A DNA stretch of 42,412 bases from positions 1 through 42,412 of the IMG/VR virus record IMGVR_UViG_3300038673_000242. One strand, 5' to 3'. The notes under the pieces are model-generated. The model saw only the letters and a program-made list of their open reading frames with translations, made no database searches and was not told the DNA's origin. The translations under genes and the position numbers were made by a program. Positions 42,036-42,412 of the stretch are shown one piece after another; positions within the stretch are counted from its first letter, which is position 1, and each line of letters begins with the position of its first letter. The DNA is from a virus. Taxonomy: Duplodnaviria > Caudoviricetes.

Positions 42036-42412
42036 ATGAATAATAACAGCATTAAAGCACGCAAATCCAATAGTCGAAAAACTATGGGACAAATCAACCG
42101 TGAACGTATCCGTCTCGCCTATTCGGGACAGCTTCCCATCGATTTGGAAGTCATCCCTGCTAAAGCCGATTTGATTGCGCCCGAAGACAAGCCTAAGCTT
42201 AGAACGTGCGCCTATTGTCGCGTTAGTACCGATGAAGACCAACAGCAAGGAAGCTTCGAATTGCAGCAGCAAGATTTTCAAGCTGAAATCCAAAAGAACG
42301 ACGATTGGGTATTCGCCGGTATATATGCCGACGAAGGCATCTCGGGTACGAACGTCCTGCACCGTAAAGAATTCAATCGTATGATTGAGGACTGCAAAGC
42401 AGGAAAAATTGA
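42036..42412 (+). CDS. Third serine recombinase, 3'-truncated by window edge (not in ORF track)
   Basis: Hand translation: MNNNSIKARK...VIPAK...RTCAYCRVSTDEDQQQGSFELQ...GIYADEGISGT...R.EFNRMIEDCKAGKI. Confidence 0.9.
   Translation, partial: MNNNSIKARKSNSRKTMGQINRERIRLAYSGQLPIDLEVIPAKADLIAPEDKPKLRTCAYCRVSTDEDQQQGSFELQQQDFQAEIQKNDDWVFAGIYADEGISGTNVLHRKEFNRMIEDCKAGKI

Noticed and set aside
42012-42384. Track ORFs 42012..42362 (-) and 42175..42384 (+)
   Set aside because: Both overlap the open-ended recombinase frame starting at 42036, which carries clear catalytic motifs.

Overview
Almost the whole window is one temperate siphovirus-type prophage of a Firmicutes (Clostridia-like) host, encoded almost entirely on the minus strand. 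Reading right to left: a LexA-like repressor and small Zn-ribbon/HTH genes; a replication module (SNF2 helicase split by an HNH gene, SSB-like protein, primase-helicase, VRR-NUC); an ArpU/RinA-like late activator; the packaging HNH; a DUF4417 / MGGRG-leader ADP-ribosyltransferase / 33-aa peptide cassette; a probable cos region and TerS; two ParB-fused DNA methyltransferases with MetK; several self-contained morons (tandem-XRE unit, amidoligase-GGCT, a three-gene unit, RelBE); TerL; a portal gene broken by a small frameshifting deletion; HK97-type head genes; tail genes with a programmed -1 frameshift; modular fibres; two holin-like genes with no recognisable endolysin; and tandem large serine recombinases. 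The left junction carries a displaced rlmD-like 3' end (likely att) followed by a DUF2971-like gene. A third serine recombinase begins at the right edge. The best candidate for an undescribed system is the DUF4417-ART-peptide cassette. Other leads are a 43-bp promoter motif shared by three separate units, a possible plug-and-socket tail-fibre chain, the HNH-split helicase and structured RNAs in the early region. All family assignments are by motif recognition; no database search was run.
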